Shown here one piece after another: positions 20,248 to 29,751 of a stretch of DNA of 64,000 bases. Source of the stretch: Negativicutes bacterium. GTDB lineage: Bacteria > Bacillota > Negativicutes > UBA1444. The notes beneath the pieces are model-generated. The model was not told the origin of the DNA. It did not search any database and worked only from the letters and a program-made list of their open reading frames with translations. The stretch spans positions 32,001 through 96,000 of the forward strand of contig CAXXIN010000005.1 of assembly GCA_963665275.2 (NCBI GenBank), in the 5' to 3' direction. Position 1 is the stretch's first letter, and each line of letters opens with the position of its first letter. The translations under genes and the position numbers were made by a program.

Positions 20248-20742
20248 ATGATGAGATGGGGATGGTTGGTCATGAGGAGCGCGAGAATTGGACTTTTGCT
20301 GCTCCTTGGACTTTTTGTGTGGATCGGTGGAGGGAACACGGTTTTGCAGGCAGCTCAGGCGAATCCCTATGCGGTAGCGGGAATCGAGAATGCCGCGGAA
20401 TTCGAAAAGGTTTTTGCAGCTCTGCAGAAGGTTGTGTCAGTCAATGACCGAAGCAAAGTGGCGGATCTGGTTCTCTATCCGCTGCGTGTCAACGGCTGGA
20501 CCGATGACGCCAAAGGCAAAGGCTCCGTACAGTTCGAAACGAAGGCGGAGCTGCTCGATAACTATGATGAAATTTTTACACTGCAAGTCCGGGAGGCTAT
20601 CGCCGGGCAAAAAGTTGCGGAGTTGTTCGTGAACTGGCAAGGCGTCATGGTTGGTAAAGGCGAGGTCTGGTTATCGGCGTCGGATAAAAAACCAGGCCGT
20701 TATGGCATTTCCGCAGTTAATTTAGTCAATCTGCCCCAGTGA
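20248..20742 (+). CDS. Conserved hypothetical secreted protein
   Basis: Signal-peptide-like N-terminus; YPLRVNG and LFVNWQGVMVGKGEVW blocks. Confidence 0.75.
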   Translation: MMRWGWLVMRSARIGLLLLLGLFVWIGGGNTVLQAAQANPYAVAGIENAAEFEKVFAALQKVVSVNDRSKVADLVLYPLRVNGWTDDAKGKGSVQFETKAELLDNYDEIFTLQVREAIAGQKVAELFVNWQGVMVGKGEVWLSASDKKPGRYGISAVNLVNLPQ

Positions 20743-20781
20743 ATTACAAATCCGAGGCGGAAAGAAGGGTGAAAAACTAGA

Positions 20782-21876
20782 GTGAAGATCGGCGCCCGCA
20801 TACTCAAAACCGGCATTGCCGTGACGATAACCATGTATCTGTGTAAGCTGTTGAACCTGGAGCCGGCCTTCTTCGGCGCCGTCGCCACGGTAGTCAACAT
20901 GCAGCCGACGATTTTTTTGACGGTCAAGTCCGCGAAAGACCAGATCCTGGTGCACCTCATCGGTGTTTCCGCTGGCTTGGCGTTTGGCTATCTGATTGGT
21001 GGAAGCCCCTTGATTATGGGGGTTGTGAGCATTCTGCTCATTGTGGTATACATCCGGTTGGGCCTGAATGCCGGTATCTCCATGGGAATCGTGGCAGCCC
21101 TTTTCGTGATGGGGTCGAGTCAGGAGCTGTTCCTGCCGCATGCACTGAATCGGACCGGCGTGATCTTTACGGGTCTGATCACAGCGATGGTCGTGAATGT
21201 GTTTTTGTGGCCGCCGCGTTATAGCCGGCAATTGAAAATCAGGCTGAGAGAAAGCAATGAAGCGACTGTGGCCTATTTTTGCCGAGCGGTGGATGAGTAT
21301 ATAACAATGGAAAATGAAACACCTGAGATCGATTCCGCAGAGAAGCAACGGGTGCAACGACTCATTGCCGAGGTGCGTTCGCTATCGGGACGGCTGGCCA
21401 GCGAAGGGGAACTGCTGGGATCAGGTACGGCGGAGCAAAACCGCTGGCGGATTCTGGCGGAGAAATTTATCGACTACAACTCGACGCTCGCGGAAAAAGC
21501 AGACCGCATTTATGCGATCTTGCCGGTGCGGCTTGACCGCCGGCATCAGGCCGGGGATCCGCCGATCAGCGAGGAGTTCCGGGAAATCCTGATGATCCTG
21601 GGTCAAGGGTGCCACAGCATCAGGCGCATCAACGGGAAACTGCGTTCTGTCATCATCGATGGTGAAGATGCGGAAACGGAGGTAATCAGTGAAGCCTATT
21701 GGGAAAAGCTAACGGTGGCTATTGAACAATGGCAGCCTAAACTTACGAGCAGCTATTATGTGCACGCTCTCATCGAGGCGGCCGTTACGGCCGATGAAAT
21801 TCGGTGGGCCGCTCGTCAGGGGAAGCTGATCTTGCAGGAAAGCGCAATCGAAGGAAGTGAAGAAGACGACTCCTGA
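20782..21876 (+). CDS. Aromatic acid exporter family (ArAE/FUSC, YgaE-like) membrane protein
   Basis: KIGARILKTGIAV N-terminus, QPT motif, TM block followed by a helical cytoplasmic domain. Confidence 0.85.
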   Translation: MKIGARILKTGIAVTITMYLCKLLNLEPAFFGAVATVVNMQPTIFLTVKSAKDQILVHLIGVSAGLAFGYLIGGSPLIMGVVSILLIVVYIRLGLNAGISMGIVAALFVMGSSQELFLPHALNRTGVIFTGLITAMVVNVFLWPPRYSRQLKIRLRESNEATVAYFCRAVDEYITMENETPEIDSAEKQRVQRLIAEVRSLSGRLASEGELLGSGTAEQNRWRILAEKFIDYNSTLAEKADRIYAILPVRLDRRHQAGDPPISEEFREILMILGQGCHSIRRINGKLRSVIIDGEDAETEVISEAYWEKLTVAIEQWQPKLTSSYYVHALIEAAVTADEIRWAARQGKLILQESAIEGSEEDDS

Positions 21877-21888
21877 ATTTTGTGGGCA

Positions 21889-21915
21889 GCAGGAGCCGGG
21901 AAATTTTCGTCGAAG
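21889..21915 (+). promoter_or_regulatory. sigmaH-like promoter (GCAGGA-N17-GAAG)
   Basis: Upstream of mscL. Confidence 0.45.
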
Positions 21916-21957
21916 CAAAAGGTAATGAATTGCAAGCATACGAAAGGGGGTCCTGTT

Positions 21958-22389
21958 GTGCTGAAAGAGTTCAAGGAATTCATCATGCGTGGAAATGTGC
22001 TGGATTTGGCTGTTGGTATCATTATCGGCGGCGCTTTCGGGAAAATCGTTTCATCCTTTGTGACCGATATTTTGATGCCGCCATTGGGGCTGATTATGGG
22101 AAAAGTGAATTTTTCCGATCTGTTCATCAATCTGTCTTCCACCGCCTATCCGACGGTGGCTGCAGCTAAAGCCGCTGGTGCGCCGACGATCAACTACGGC
22201 CTGTTCATTAACACGATTATCGACTTTGTCATAGTCGCATTTGCGATCTATCTGATGATCACACAGGTGAATCGCTTACAGAAAAAACCGGAGGCTGCGC
22301 CGCCGGCGACCAAGGAATGTCCGTTCTGCATTTCGACGGTTCCAATCAAGGCGGTACGTTGCCCTCACTGCACTTCCAACTTGGAATAA
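21958..22389 (+). CDS. mscL: Large-conductance mechanosensitive channel with C-terminal CxxC-x10-CxxC
   Basis: [31 protein letters not shown] and [13 protein letters not shown]; GTG start. Confidence 0.95.
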   Translation: MLKEFKEFIMRGNVLDLAVGIIIGGAFGKIVSSFVTDILMPPLGLIMGKVNFSDLFINLSSTAYPTVAAAKAAGAPTINYGLFINTIIDFVIVAFAIYLMITQVNRLQKKPEAAPPATKECPFCISTVPIKAVRCPHCTSNLE

Positions 22390-22402
22390 GCGCAATTGAA
22401 CG

Positions 22403-22449
22403 GATATGAGCAAAGGCCCTCCAGAATCTGGAGGGCCTTTGCTCATATC
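22403..22449. terminator. Long perfect hairpin between convergent mscL and osmC-like genes
   Basis: GATATGAGCAAAGGCCCTCCAG-AAT-CTGGAGGGCCTTTGCTCATATC. Confidence 0.85.
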
Positions 22450-22858
22450 AGGCGCTGTACGTGAATGTCACAGTCTTCTTGAGGTCGGGGTGGAGGCTGT
22501 TGTAAACAGGGCACTCTTTGGCAGCCAGTTCTAAAATCTTCTTTTGTTTGATGCTGTAATCGTTGGGAGGGAAGGTGAAGTTGGTAATCAGTTCGACAAT
22601 TCGGCGAGGCTCGGTTCCCATGACTTTCGTTGTTTCAACTTTGGTTCCCTCGATGCTGAATCCGTGGGTTTTCGCAGCGATTCCCATGATGGTGAATACG
22701 CAGGCGCCGTAAGCCGTGGCTAGGAGATCGGTAGGGGAAAAGGATTCTCCTTTTCCCTGGTTGTCGGTCGGCGCATCCGTGACAAGTCGGGTGCCGGATT
22801 GGAGGTGAATGGATTCGGTGCGCAGATCACCCAGGTAAGTTGTTTGTATTGTAGCCAA
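22448..22858 (-). CDS. OsmC/YhfA family protein
   Basis: TDAPTDNQGKGESFSPTDLLATAYGAC...CPV; TTG start after AAAGGAG. Confidence 0.9.
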   Translation of the reverse strand: MATIQTTYLGDLRTESIHLQSGTRLVTDAPTDNQGKGESFSPTDLLATAYGACVFTIMGIAAKTHGFSIEGTKVETTKVMGTEPRRIVELITNFTFPPNDYSIKQKKILELAAKECPVYNSLHPDLKKTVTFTYSA

Positions 22859-22892
22859 AATAAGGACACTCCTTTGTTTTTGATAATTGATA

Positions 22893-22920
22893 TTTCAACA
22901 GAGTCTGGTTATCTTCCTGC
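22893..22920 (-). promoter_or_regulatory. sigmaH-like promoter (GCAGGA-N18-GAAA)
   Basis: Upstream of the osmC-like gene. Confidence 0.45.
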
Positions 22921-22986
22921 AGTATGTCTGACGGACAGGAAAAAAACTGGACATAACGGATCCGTGGTGGAAATTGTAGTGGTGTC

Positions 22987-23016
22987 TTGACGATACAAAT
23001 GGTCCGCTGGTATAAT
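22987..23016 (+). promoter_or_regulatory. sigmaA promoter upstream of the cobalamin riboswitch
   Basis: TTGACG-N18-TATAAT with extended -10 TG. Confidence 0.7.
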
Positions 23017-23041
23017 AGCCGCAATCGAATACTTTGATATC

Positions 23042-23208
23042 GGGTTGAGGTGCCCCAACTATATGGGGAGAATAGGGAAGTCTGAGCATGCACAAACGCA
23101 TGCGTAGGCGCGGGCCCGCCACTGTACCGGGGAGATCTTGCAATGCCACTCGCAAGGGGAAGGCGCAAGCAGTTGAGGAACCGGGAGCCAGGAGACCTGC
23201 CGCAACCA
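23042..23208 (+). ncRNA. Cobalamin riboswitch
   Basis: AGGTGC, AATAGGGAA, GCCCGCCACTGTA, GCCACT..GGGAAGG and B12 box GAGCCAGGAGACCTGCC; upstream of cobT-family genes. Confidence 0.92.
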
Positions 23209-23227
23209 GGGTGAATCCTTCGTGGAA

Positions 23228-23277
23228 AAGAAGGCTTTTTTTGGATTGTTGTCCCAAAGAAGCCTTCTTATTTTTTT
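23228..23277 (+). terminator. Riboswitch expression-platform terminator
   Basis: AAGAAGGCTT...AAGCCTTCTT followed by ATTTTTTT. Confidence 0.8.
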
Positions 23278-23318
23278 CGCTAAAATGAAAATTTTAACAG
23301 GAAATGGTGGAGGTTGCC

Positions 23319-24362
23319 GTGAAATTATTGGCGGATACATTAGAGAAAATCAAGGCGACTGACGGTCACGCCCAACAACACGTTCGGCAGGAGTTGGAGC
23401 GGCTGATGCCGCAGAATCGTACTTTCGGGCGGCTCGGGGATATGGTTGGACAATATGCTGGAATCATTGGGGAAAAACGGCCGCGAGACCCACGGCCCTG
23501 CATGGTCGTGACCTGTGCTGATCACGGCGTGGCCCGGAATGGGGTCAGCGCCTACCCGGTAGACACCACGCGGCAGATGGCACTGAACTACGTTGTATCC
23601 AAAGGCGCCAGCGCAAATGCTTTCGCGAACTATTCCGGCTCGGATATGGTGGTGGCGGATGTGGGGGTGGCTGGAGATCTGACGCAGGCAAAGGGGCTGT
23701 GGCATAAAAAAATCGCCTACGGAACGCAGGACTTCACGCGGGGGCCTGCGATGACCCGCGAACAGGCGGTACAGGCGATTGAGACGGGAATCGAGATTGC
23801 CGACGAACGGGCCCGTTGTGGATACAACTGTTTCAGTCTGGGCGAGATGGGCATCGGCAACACTACGGCAAGTGCCCTCATTGTAGCCGTATTTACCGGC
23901 TTGTCGCCGGAGGAGGTAACCGGCCGGGGTACCGGGATATCCGATGCAAAATTAAAGGTCAAGACTGAGCTGGTGCGCAGAGCGTTGGCACTTAACCAAC
24001 CCCGGCGGGAAGACGGCATCGACGTGTTGGCGAAAGTCGGCGGCTTTGAAATCGGTGCCCTGGCCGGCGTGGCTCTGGGCGCTGCCGCCAACCGATGTGC
24101 GGTTATCGTGGATGGGCTCAATACTACGGCCGCGGCGATGATCTCCGATGCGCTCCACCCCATGAACCGCCGATATATGTTCGCCTCGCATCTGTCCGGT
24201 GAGCCGGCTCACGTTAAAGCTCTCGGATATCTGGATCTCTCTCCGTGCCTCGATATGGGGGTGCGCCTCGGAGAAGCCATCGGCGCATCCGTGGTAGTCG
24301 AGATGTTGAAAATGTCTGTGAAGACTTATAATGCAATGACGTCAAAGGAGGGCAACGAATGA
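23319..24362 (+). CDS. arsA: NaMN:base phosphoribosyltransferase, ArsA-like (CobT family)
   Basis: ADHGVA, VSAYP, GASANAFAN, GEMGIGNTT, TGRGTG and RLGE; strongly resembles Sporomusa ovata ArsA as I recall it. Confidence 0.85.
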   Translation: MKLLADTLEKIKATDGHAQQHVRQELERLMPQNRTFGRLGDMVGQYAGIIGEKRPRDPRPCMVVTCADHGVARNGVSAYPVDTTRQMALNYVVSKGASANAFANYSGSDMVVADVGVAGDLTQAKGLWHKKIAYGTQDFTRGPAMTREQAVQAIETGIEIADERARCGYNCFSLGEMGIGNTTASALIVAVFTGLSPEEVTGRGTGISDAKLKVKTELVRRALALNQPRREDGIDVLAKVGGFEIGALAGVALGAAANRCAVIVDGLNTTAAAMISDALHPMNRRYMFASHLSGEPAHVKALGYLDLSPCLDMGVRLGEAIGASVVVEMLKMSVKTYNAMTSKEGNE

Positions 24363-25207
24363 TTGAACAGGTGATCCTGGCGATCCGACCTTTGGATCAA
24401 GTCGCCATGGATAATTGCCAGCTAAGGCTCGATAATCTTACAAAACCGCTGGGCAGTCTCCATTCTTTCGAGCATTTGGCCCGAAAGATGGCAGGCATCA
24501 CCAGGAATGCCCGTCCCCCCCAGTTGCCCTCCGGCATCGTAATCATGAACGGCAGTCTCCGTACGCCGGGACTGTGCGATATATTCGCGGCAAATGTTTC
24601 GGCCCGCATTATCTCGTTTGACGTGCATGGCGAAGAGGCACGGACCAGGGAACAGGCGGCGCAGCTTTTGAAAAAAGGCATGGAAATAGCCGGCGCAGCC
24701 ACCGCCTCGGGAATCCGGGTGATTGGCATCGGCATGGTTGGAACGATTTCTCCTGCCGTCACCTCTGCGCTTCGGGCCTGGCATGCGGCAGGCGGCACGG
24801 ATCCCGTTGCGTCGGTGGCTGCAACCGGTTGCCCCGAACTCGTTGGCCTGACAGGAGTAATGTTGGGAGCGGCAGCAGGGGGAGCGGCGGTGGTGCTCGA
24901 TGGAGTGGAAACGTGCCTGACGGCCCTGGTTGCTGTAAGCATGGCGCCCAGGGTTAGGGATTATCTGGTCGGGTCGCATTTCGGCAGGGGCTCGTTGCAC
25001 GCAGAGCTTTTGCAGTTGCTGGAGGTGCCTGCGTACCTTTCTCTCGACATGAATCTCGGCGAAGGGGTCGGAGCAGCGCTGGGAATTTCATTGATACAGG
25101 CAGCGTTGCATGTTCTGAATGATATGAAGACCTTCGGTGAAGCCGAGGTACATGTGGCAGAGGATGGCCCGGGCGCTCTGGTTCAGAATGCCAAAGTCAG
25201 GGACTAA
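24359..25207 (+). CDS. arsB: ArsB-like CobT paralogue, internally shortened (282 aa)
   Basis: DNLTKPLGSLHSFEH N-terminus and LNDMKTFGEAEVHVAEDGPGAL C-terminus are ArsB-like; ATGA overlap with arsA. Confidence 0.8.
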   Translation: MIEQVILAIRPLDQVAMDNCQLRLDNLTKPLGSLHSFEHLARKMAGITRNARPPQLPSGIVIMNGSLRTPGLCDIFAANVSARIISFDVHGEEARTREQAAQLLKKGMEIAGAATASGIRVIGIGMVGTISPAVTSALRAWHAAGGTDPVASVAATGCPELVGLTGVMLGAAAGGAAVVLDGVETCLTALVAVSMAPRVRDYLVGSHFGRGSLHAELLQLLEVPAYLSLDMNLGEGVGAALGISLIQAALHVLNDMKTFGEAEVHVAEDGPGALVQNAKVRD

Positions 25208-25329
25208 CAAAGGATTTTTTGGCAGACGAGGATATCCAGCCACTGGCCAAACTTCCTGCCTATTTCTTTATAATGGGCGCATCGTTCGTCTCATCTTGCT
25301 AACCTCCTGAATTATTTTTAAAAAAGACG

Positions 25330-25355
25330 AGGAAACAGGGAACTGTGTGACGAAT
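25330..25355 (+). promoter_or_regulatory. sigmaH-like promoter (AGGA-N18-GAAT)
   Basis: Upstream of the esterase gene. Confidence 0.45.
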
Positions 25356-25397
25356 CCCGTAAGTAGACTTTGGTGAGACTGAAAGGATATTTAGGGG

Positions 25398-26348
25398 ATG
25401 AAAAACGATTTGAAACGATTGCTGATGGCGCAAAGAGCGCGGGCTGCATATGCCGAAAATATTGAAAAAAACCGCACTGAGACTGAATGGGCCAACGGAA
25501 CGGTGCAGGAACGTGCTGTTGAAACCTCTGCCGGCAAAACGAGAATTCTCCTGTATTGGCCGAAACAGGAGCGGGGGCAGGGCCTGCCGGTGTTCGTGAA
25601 TATTCATGGCGGCGGCTTCATCCAGGGAAGCGCCGGGGATGATGAGGCGTGGTGCCGGCAGATCTCCGAGGCCGTAGGGTGTGCGGTGGTGAACATTGAT
25701 TACCATCTGGCGCCGGAGTACCCATTTCCAGTGGCGCTGGAAGAATGTTATGATGTTTTGAAATGGATACAGAGCGAGGGTGCTGTGCTGGGGCTCGATC
25801 CAAGTAGGATGGCGGTCGGCGGACACAGCGCCGGGGGGAATCTGACGGCTGCTTTATGTCTTTTGGCACGGGAACGGCAGGAGTTTTCCATCCTTTATCA
25901 AGTTCTGAACTATCCGCCGCTGGATTTCACCGTCGATCCGTTTTCAAAACCTTCCAGGGATACCTTGCTTACGGCCAGGGCCCAGGAGTTTTTCACTGCC
26001 TGCTACCTATTCGACCAGGAACAACGGGAGAATCCTCTGGCGTCGCCGTTATTGGCGGAGAGCTTGGCGGGGCTGCCGGCGGCCTTGGTGATTTCGGCGG
26101 AATATGATCCCCTGTGTGCAGAAAATGCTTTGTATGCTAGACGTCTGTCGGCCGCCGGTGTATCCGTGACCTATAAAATGTTCGCCGGATGCATGCATGC
26201 CTTCACTCACTTTGGGCCGGAACCTGCGGCTACCGAAGCATGGATGTTGATTCATGAGAAACTGCGACAGGTCTTTTCGCGGGATCGGAATGAAAAACAC
26301 GAGCCGAATGCTGCGCAAGAACAGAAGAAAGGGGCCGACAGCGAGTGA
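25398..26348 (+). CDS. Alpha/beta hydrolase, HSL (family IV) esterase
   Basis: HGGGF, YHLAPE, GHSAGG, YDPL and HAF catalytic motifs. Confidence 0.92.
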   Translation: MKNDLKRLLMAQRARAAYAENIEKNRTETEWANGTVQERAVETSAGKTRILLYWPKQERGQGLPVFVNIHGGGFIQGSAGDDEAWCRQISEAVGCAVVNIDYHLAPEYPFPVALEECYDVLKWIQSEGAVLGLDPSRMAVGGHSAGGNLTAALCLLARERQEFSILYQVLNYPPLDFTVDPFSKPSRDTLLTARAQEFFTACYLFDQEQRENPLASPLLAESLAGLPAALVISAEYDPLCAENALYARRLSAAGVSVTYKMFAGCMHAFTHFGPEPAATEAWMLIHEKLRQVFSRDRNEKHEPNAAQEQKKGADSE

Positions 26349-27352
26349 AAACCATGAAAATTACTGACATTGAAGGCGTACGGTTCGGGAATGCTCAGAA
26401 CTTGGCGGCGGCTACCGGCTGCACGGCGATCATCTGCCCGGCAGGTGCGACGGCAGGGGTTGATGTCAGAGGCGGTGCACCGGGAACCCGCGAAACGGAC
26501 CTGCTAAAACCGGAGAATCTGGTGGAAAAAATCCATGCCGTTATGCTGGCGGGTGGCAGTGCATTCGGATTGGACGCAGCCGGTGGCGTGATGCAATACC
26601 TTGAAGAAAACGGGATCGGCTTCGATGTCGGGGTGGCGAAAGTGCCGATTGTGGCCGGCGCCGTCCTATTTGACCTGCCTTGCGGCGATGCCCGGGTGAG
26701 GCCGGATCGGTCCATGGGTTATCAGGCTTGTGCGGCGGCAGCGACCGAAGAATTTTCTGTGGGGTCGGTTGGGGCTGGCACGGGAGCAACGGTTGGCAAA
26801 GTTTTCGGCATGGAGCATGCGATGAAGGGTGGGCTGGGAACACACTGTGTCAAGATCGGCAATCTCATAGTAGGGGCTGTGGTGGCAGTCAATTGCCTGG
26901 GCGATGTGGTTGATCCGGCCAATGGGCAGGTTCTGGCCGGCGCTTATGAGCTCGAGCCTTTTCGGTTCATGGACAGTGAAGCGGGACTGTTGCAGCAGTG
27001 TGAGGGTTCGGGCAGCCAGTTTGCAGGGAATACGACCATCGGGGTCGTCCTGACCAACGCCAAACTGACCAAAGCGCAAGCAACCAAAGTGGCGTCCATG
27101 ACCCACGACGGATATGCCCGTACGATGCGGCCCGCCCACACGATGCTTGACGGCGACACCATTTTTGCCTTATCGATCGGTGAAGTGCAGGCCGACATTT
27201 CTGCCGTTGGCGCGCTGGCGGCCCAGGTGATGGCGCAGGCGGTGCTTGGTGCAGTTAAGGAAGCATCTCCGTTGGCTGGGTTTAAGACAATGAGTGACTT
27301 GCAGGGAAAAGGAGAACATAAAAAATCAGAATCGCCTATCGGACGATCCTGA
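26345..27352 (+). CDS. Peptidase S58 (DmpA/NylC-like, P1 family)
   Basis: GVDVRGGAPGTRETD, GGSAFGL, GNTTIG autocleavage site and DGDTIF. Confidence 0.9.
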   Translation: MKTMKITDIEGVRFGNAQNLAAATGCTAIICPAGATAGVDVRGGAPGTRETDLLKPENLVEKIHAVMLAGGSAFGLDAAGGVMQYLEENGIGFDVGVAKVPIVAGAVLFDLPCGDARVRPDRSMGYQACAAAATEEFSVGSVGAGTGATVGKVFGMEHAMKGGLGTHCVKIGNLIVGAVVAVNCLGDVVDPANGQVLAGAYELEPFRFMDSEAGLLQQCEGSGSQFAGNTTIGVVLTNAKLTKAQATKVASMTHDGYARTMRPAHTMLDGDTIFALSIGEVQADISAVGALAAQVMAQAVLGAVKEASPLAGFKTMSDLQGKGEHKKSESPIGRS

Positions 27353-27362
27353 TTTCAAAGAA

Positions 27363-28601
27363 TTAGTTTGTTGGCGTGGTTACTTTTAGTACTTCGATGG
27401 CCTTGTCCAGCTGTGGATCTTGCGGGGCGTCTTTGTCGATTTCTTTGGGCATTTCGACAACGATGTCAGGCGCTAGCCCTTTGCCGTGAATGGCGCGGTC
27501 TTTGGGAGTGTGATACTCCGCGATCGTGATTTTGATCGCGGAATCCTTGTCCAGCGGAACCAGACGTTGAACTGAACCTTTGCCGAAAGTTTTCACGCCG
27601 ATCAGTTTTCCCACTTCGAGATCCTGGATGGCGCCCGCAACGATTTCCGAGGCGCTGGCGCTACCGCCGTTGACCAATACTGCCAACGGAATCGTCGGTT
27701 TATCCAGCGTCGACTGCATTGTCTCCCGTGAACCGTCTTTGCTGATGACTGATACGACAGGACCTTTGGGAACCAGCAAGCTGGCTACCTTTACACTTTC
27801 GTTGATGAGGCCGCCGGGGTTGTTGCGCAGGTCCAGGACCAACGATTTCATGCCCTTTTCCTCAAGCTCGGCCATCTTTTGGGCGAAATCTGCGCCTGTC
27901 GTTTCGCTGAACATGGATAGGCGAATGTATCCAATCTCGTCGCTCAACATTTTTCCACTGACGGTTTTTAGAACGATGGTCGCGCGGGTAAGTTTATATT
28001 CTTTCGGCTCTTGCGCGGGGCGCAGAATTGTCAGCGTGATTTCGCTGCCTTCCGGGCCGCGGATTTTGCCCACGGCCTCGTCGAGGGCCATGTCTTTGGT
28101 GTCAAGTGCATCGATGCGGATGATCGCATCGCCGCTCAGGATTCCGGCTTTTTCTGCAGGGGTGCCTTCGATTGGCGCCACAACGGTGAGTGTTTTGTCT
28201 TTGACGCCGAGGACGATGCCGACGCCGCCGAAGGAGCCTTTGGTCTCCAACATCAGTTCGCTGTACATTTTGGGATCCATGTAAACGGAGTAGGGGTCGC
28301 CCAGGGCGTTGACCATTCCTTTGACCGATCCGGTCATCAGGGTGACGCCTTCCACGGCGCCGACATATTGGCCTTTGACTACCTGAATGGCCCGAAATAA
28401 CTTGAGCGTGGCGGCTTGTTCCTCAGGACTCATTTTCGAGAGGTAATAATTGATTTCCAGCTCTGTAATATTTTGCTGCAGAGCTGGGCCGGGGAGCGCT
28501 GTTTCTGATTGGGCCCAACCCGTAGCCGCGCCGAAAGAGAGATTGGCCATTACCAATAAGGCAATGAGCAGGCGCGACAGAAATTTCTTTTGCAATAACA
28601 T
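27363..28601 (-). CDS. ctpA: Carboxy-terminal processing protease (S41) with PDZ
   Basis: DPYS, GVGI PDZ, DLRNNPGG, SASASEI and TFGKGSVQ. Confidence 0.93.
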   Translation of the reverse strand: MLLQKKFLSRLLIALLVMANLSFGAATGWAQSETALPGPALQQNITELEINYYLSKMSPEEQAATLKLFRAIQVVKGQYVGAVEGVTLMTGSVKGMVNALGDPYSVYMDPKMYSELMLETKGSFGGVGIVLGVKDKTLTVVAPIEGTPAEKAGILSGDAIIRIDALDTKDMALDEAVGKIRGPEGSEITLTILRPAQEPKEYKLTRATIVLKTVSGKMLSDEIGYIRLSMFSETTGADFAQKMAELEEKGMKSLVLDLRNNPGGLINESVKVASLLVPKGPVVSVISKDGSRETMQSTLDKPTIPLAVLVNGGSASASEIVAGAIQDLEVGKLIGVKTFGKGSVQRLVPLDKDSAIKITIAEYHTPKDRAIHGKGLAPDIVVEMPKEIDKDAPQDPQLDKAIEVLKVTTPTN

Positions 28602-28662
28602 GGTGTTTCCTCCAGTACAATAAAATGCCCGTCTGGGATTTTTGGTTATTTAACTTCATTAC

Positions 28663-28690
28663 ATTCGCCGCACAGAAAGATTTTTCCTGC
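28663..28690 (-). promoter_or_regulatory. sigmaH-like promoter (GCAGGA-N18-GAAT)
   Basis: Close match to the SigH consensus, upstream of ctpA. Confidence 0.6.
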
Positions 28691-28811
28691 GGGGCCGACC
28701 GTGGAAACGAACGGGTGCACTGATTTACTAGACCGGAGAGGATAAAATAGTTGGTGCAATGTGCCCGGATCTAAGGTAACCTGTAGTAAGGATTAGTAGG
28801 AGGCGTCAGCG

Positions 28812-29750
28812 ATGAAAGAACCAGTTGTAAAACGTTATACAGGAAACCCGATATTAACCAAAGCCGATGTTCCTTACTCCGTTCACACTGTCCATAATGC
28901 AGGGGTGGCCAAGTATCAGGAGCAATACTATATGCTGTTCCGATCTCACCTCGATACCGGACGTTCCATTATCGGATTGGCGGTAAGCGATGATGGGTAT
29001 TCTTTTTCTGTGAAGGACAAACCTTTTATTGTTCCCGCAACAGAAGGAGTTTTCAAGGAATACGAAGCTTTTGGGGTGGAGGATCCCCGGATTTCCTGTA
29101 TTGATGGCGTATATTTCATCACATACAGCGCTTATTCCAAACACGGGGTGCGAATCGGACTGGCCAAAACCACGGATTTTAAATCGTTGGAACGAATTTC
29201 GCTGATTACCGAAGCGGATTACCGTAACGTGGTTCTGTTCCCGGAAAAAATCAACGGCAGGTATGCGCGTCTTGACCGGCCCCATTCCGAAATTGCTCCG
29301 TGGGCCATCTGGATCAGTTACTCCAAGGACTTGGTCTATTGGGGGGAATCGGAACTGATCATGATGCCGGTTCCGTATCACTGGGATGCAATGAAAATCG
29401 GTCCTGGAGCGACGCCGATCAAAACGGATCAGGGTTGGCTGTCCATTTATCACGGCGTTTTCCCCACTATGGACGGAGCGATATACCGACTGGGCGTCGC
29501 CCTGCACCAATTGGATGATCCGGCGAAAGTCATAGGAGTCGGCGATAGTTGGATCCTACAACCGGAAGACCCGTGGGAAGTCACGGGTTATGTCCACAAT
29601 GTGGTATTTACTTGCGGTGCAGTCCCGGAACAAGACGGGACTGTCAAACTTTACTGGGGGGCCGCCGACTCTGTCATGTGTGTAGGAACAGCCAAAATCG
29701 AAGAATTGGTGGACCTGTGCCTCCATCATGCCCGTTCTGCCATGCCGTAA
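28812..29750 (+). CDS. GH130 beta-mannoside phosphorylase-like protein
   Basis: NPIL, GVEDPRI, RNVVLFPEKING, KIGPG, YHG, NVVF and YWGAAD. Confidence 0.88.
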   Translation: MKEPVVKRYTGNPILTKADVPYSVHTVHNAGVAKYQEQYYMLFRSHLDTGRSIIGLAVSDDGYSFSVKDKPFIVPATEGVFKEYEAFGVEDPRISCIDGVYFITYSAYSKHGVRIGLAKTTDFKSLERISLITEADYRNVVLFPEKINGRYARLDRPHSEIAPWAIWISYSKDLVYWGESELIMMPVPYHWDAMKIGPGATPIKTDQGWLSIYHGVFPTMDGAIYRLGVALHQLDDPAKVIGVGDSWILQPEDPWEVTGYVHNVVFTCGAVPEQDGTVKLYWGAADSVMCVGTAKIEELVDLCLHHARSAMP

Positions 29751-29751
29751 A

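Noticed and set aside
22827-23340. Short ORFs upstream of arsA
   Set aside because: They overlap the promoter and cobalamin riboswitch; spurious
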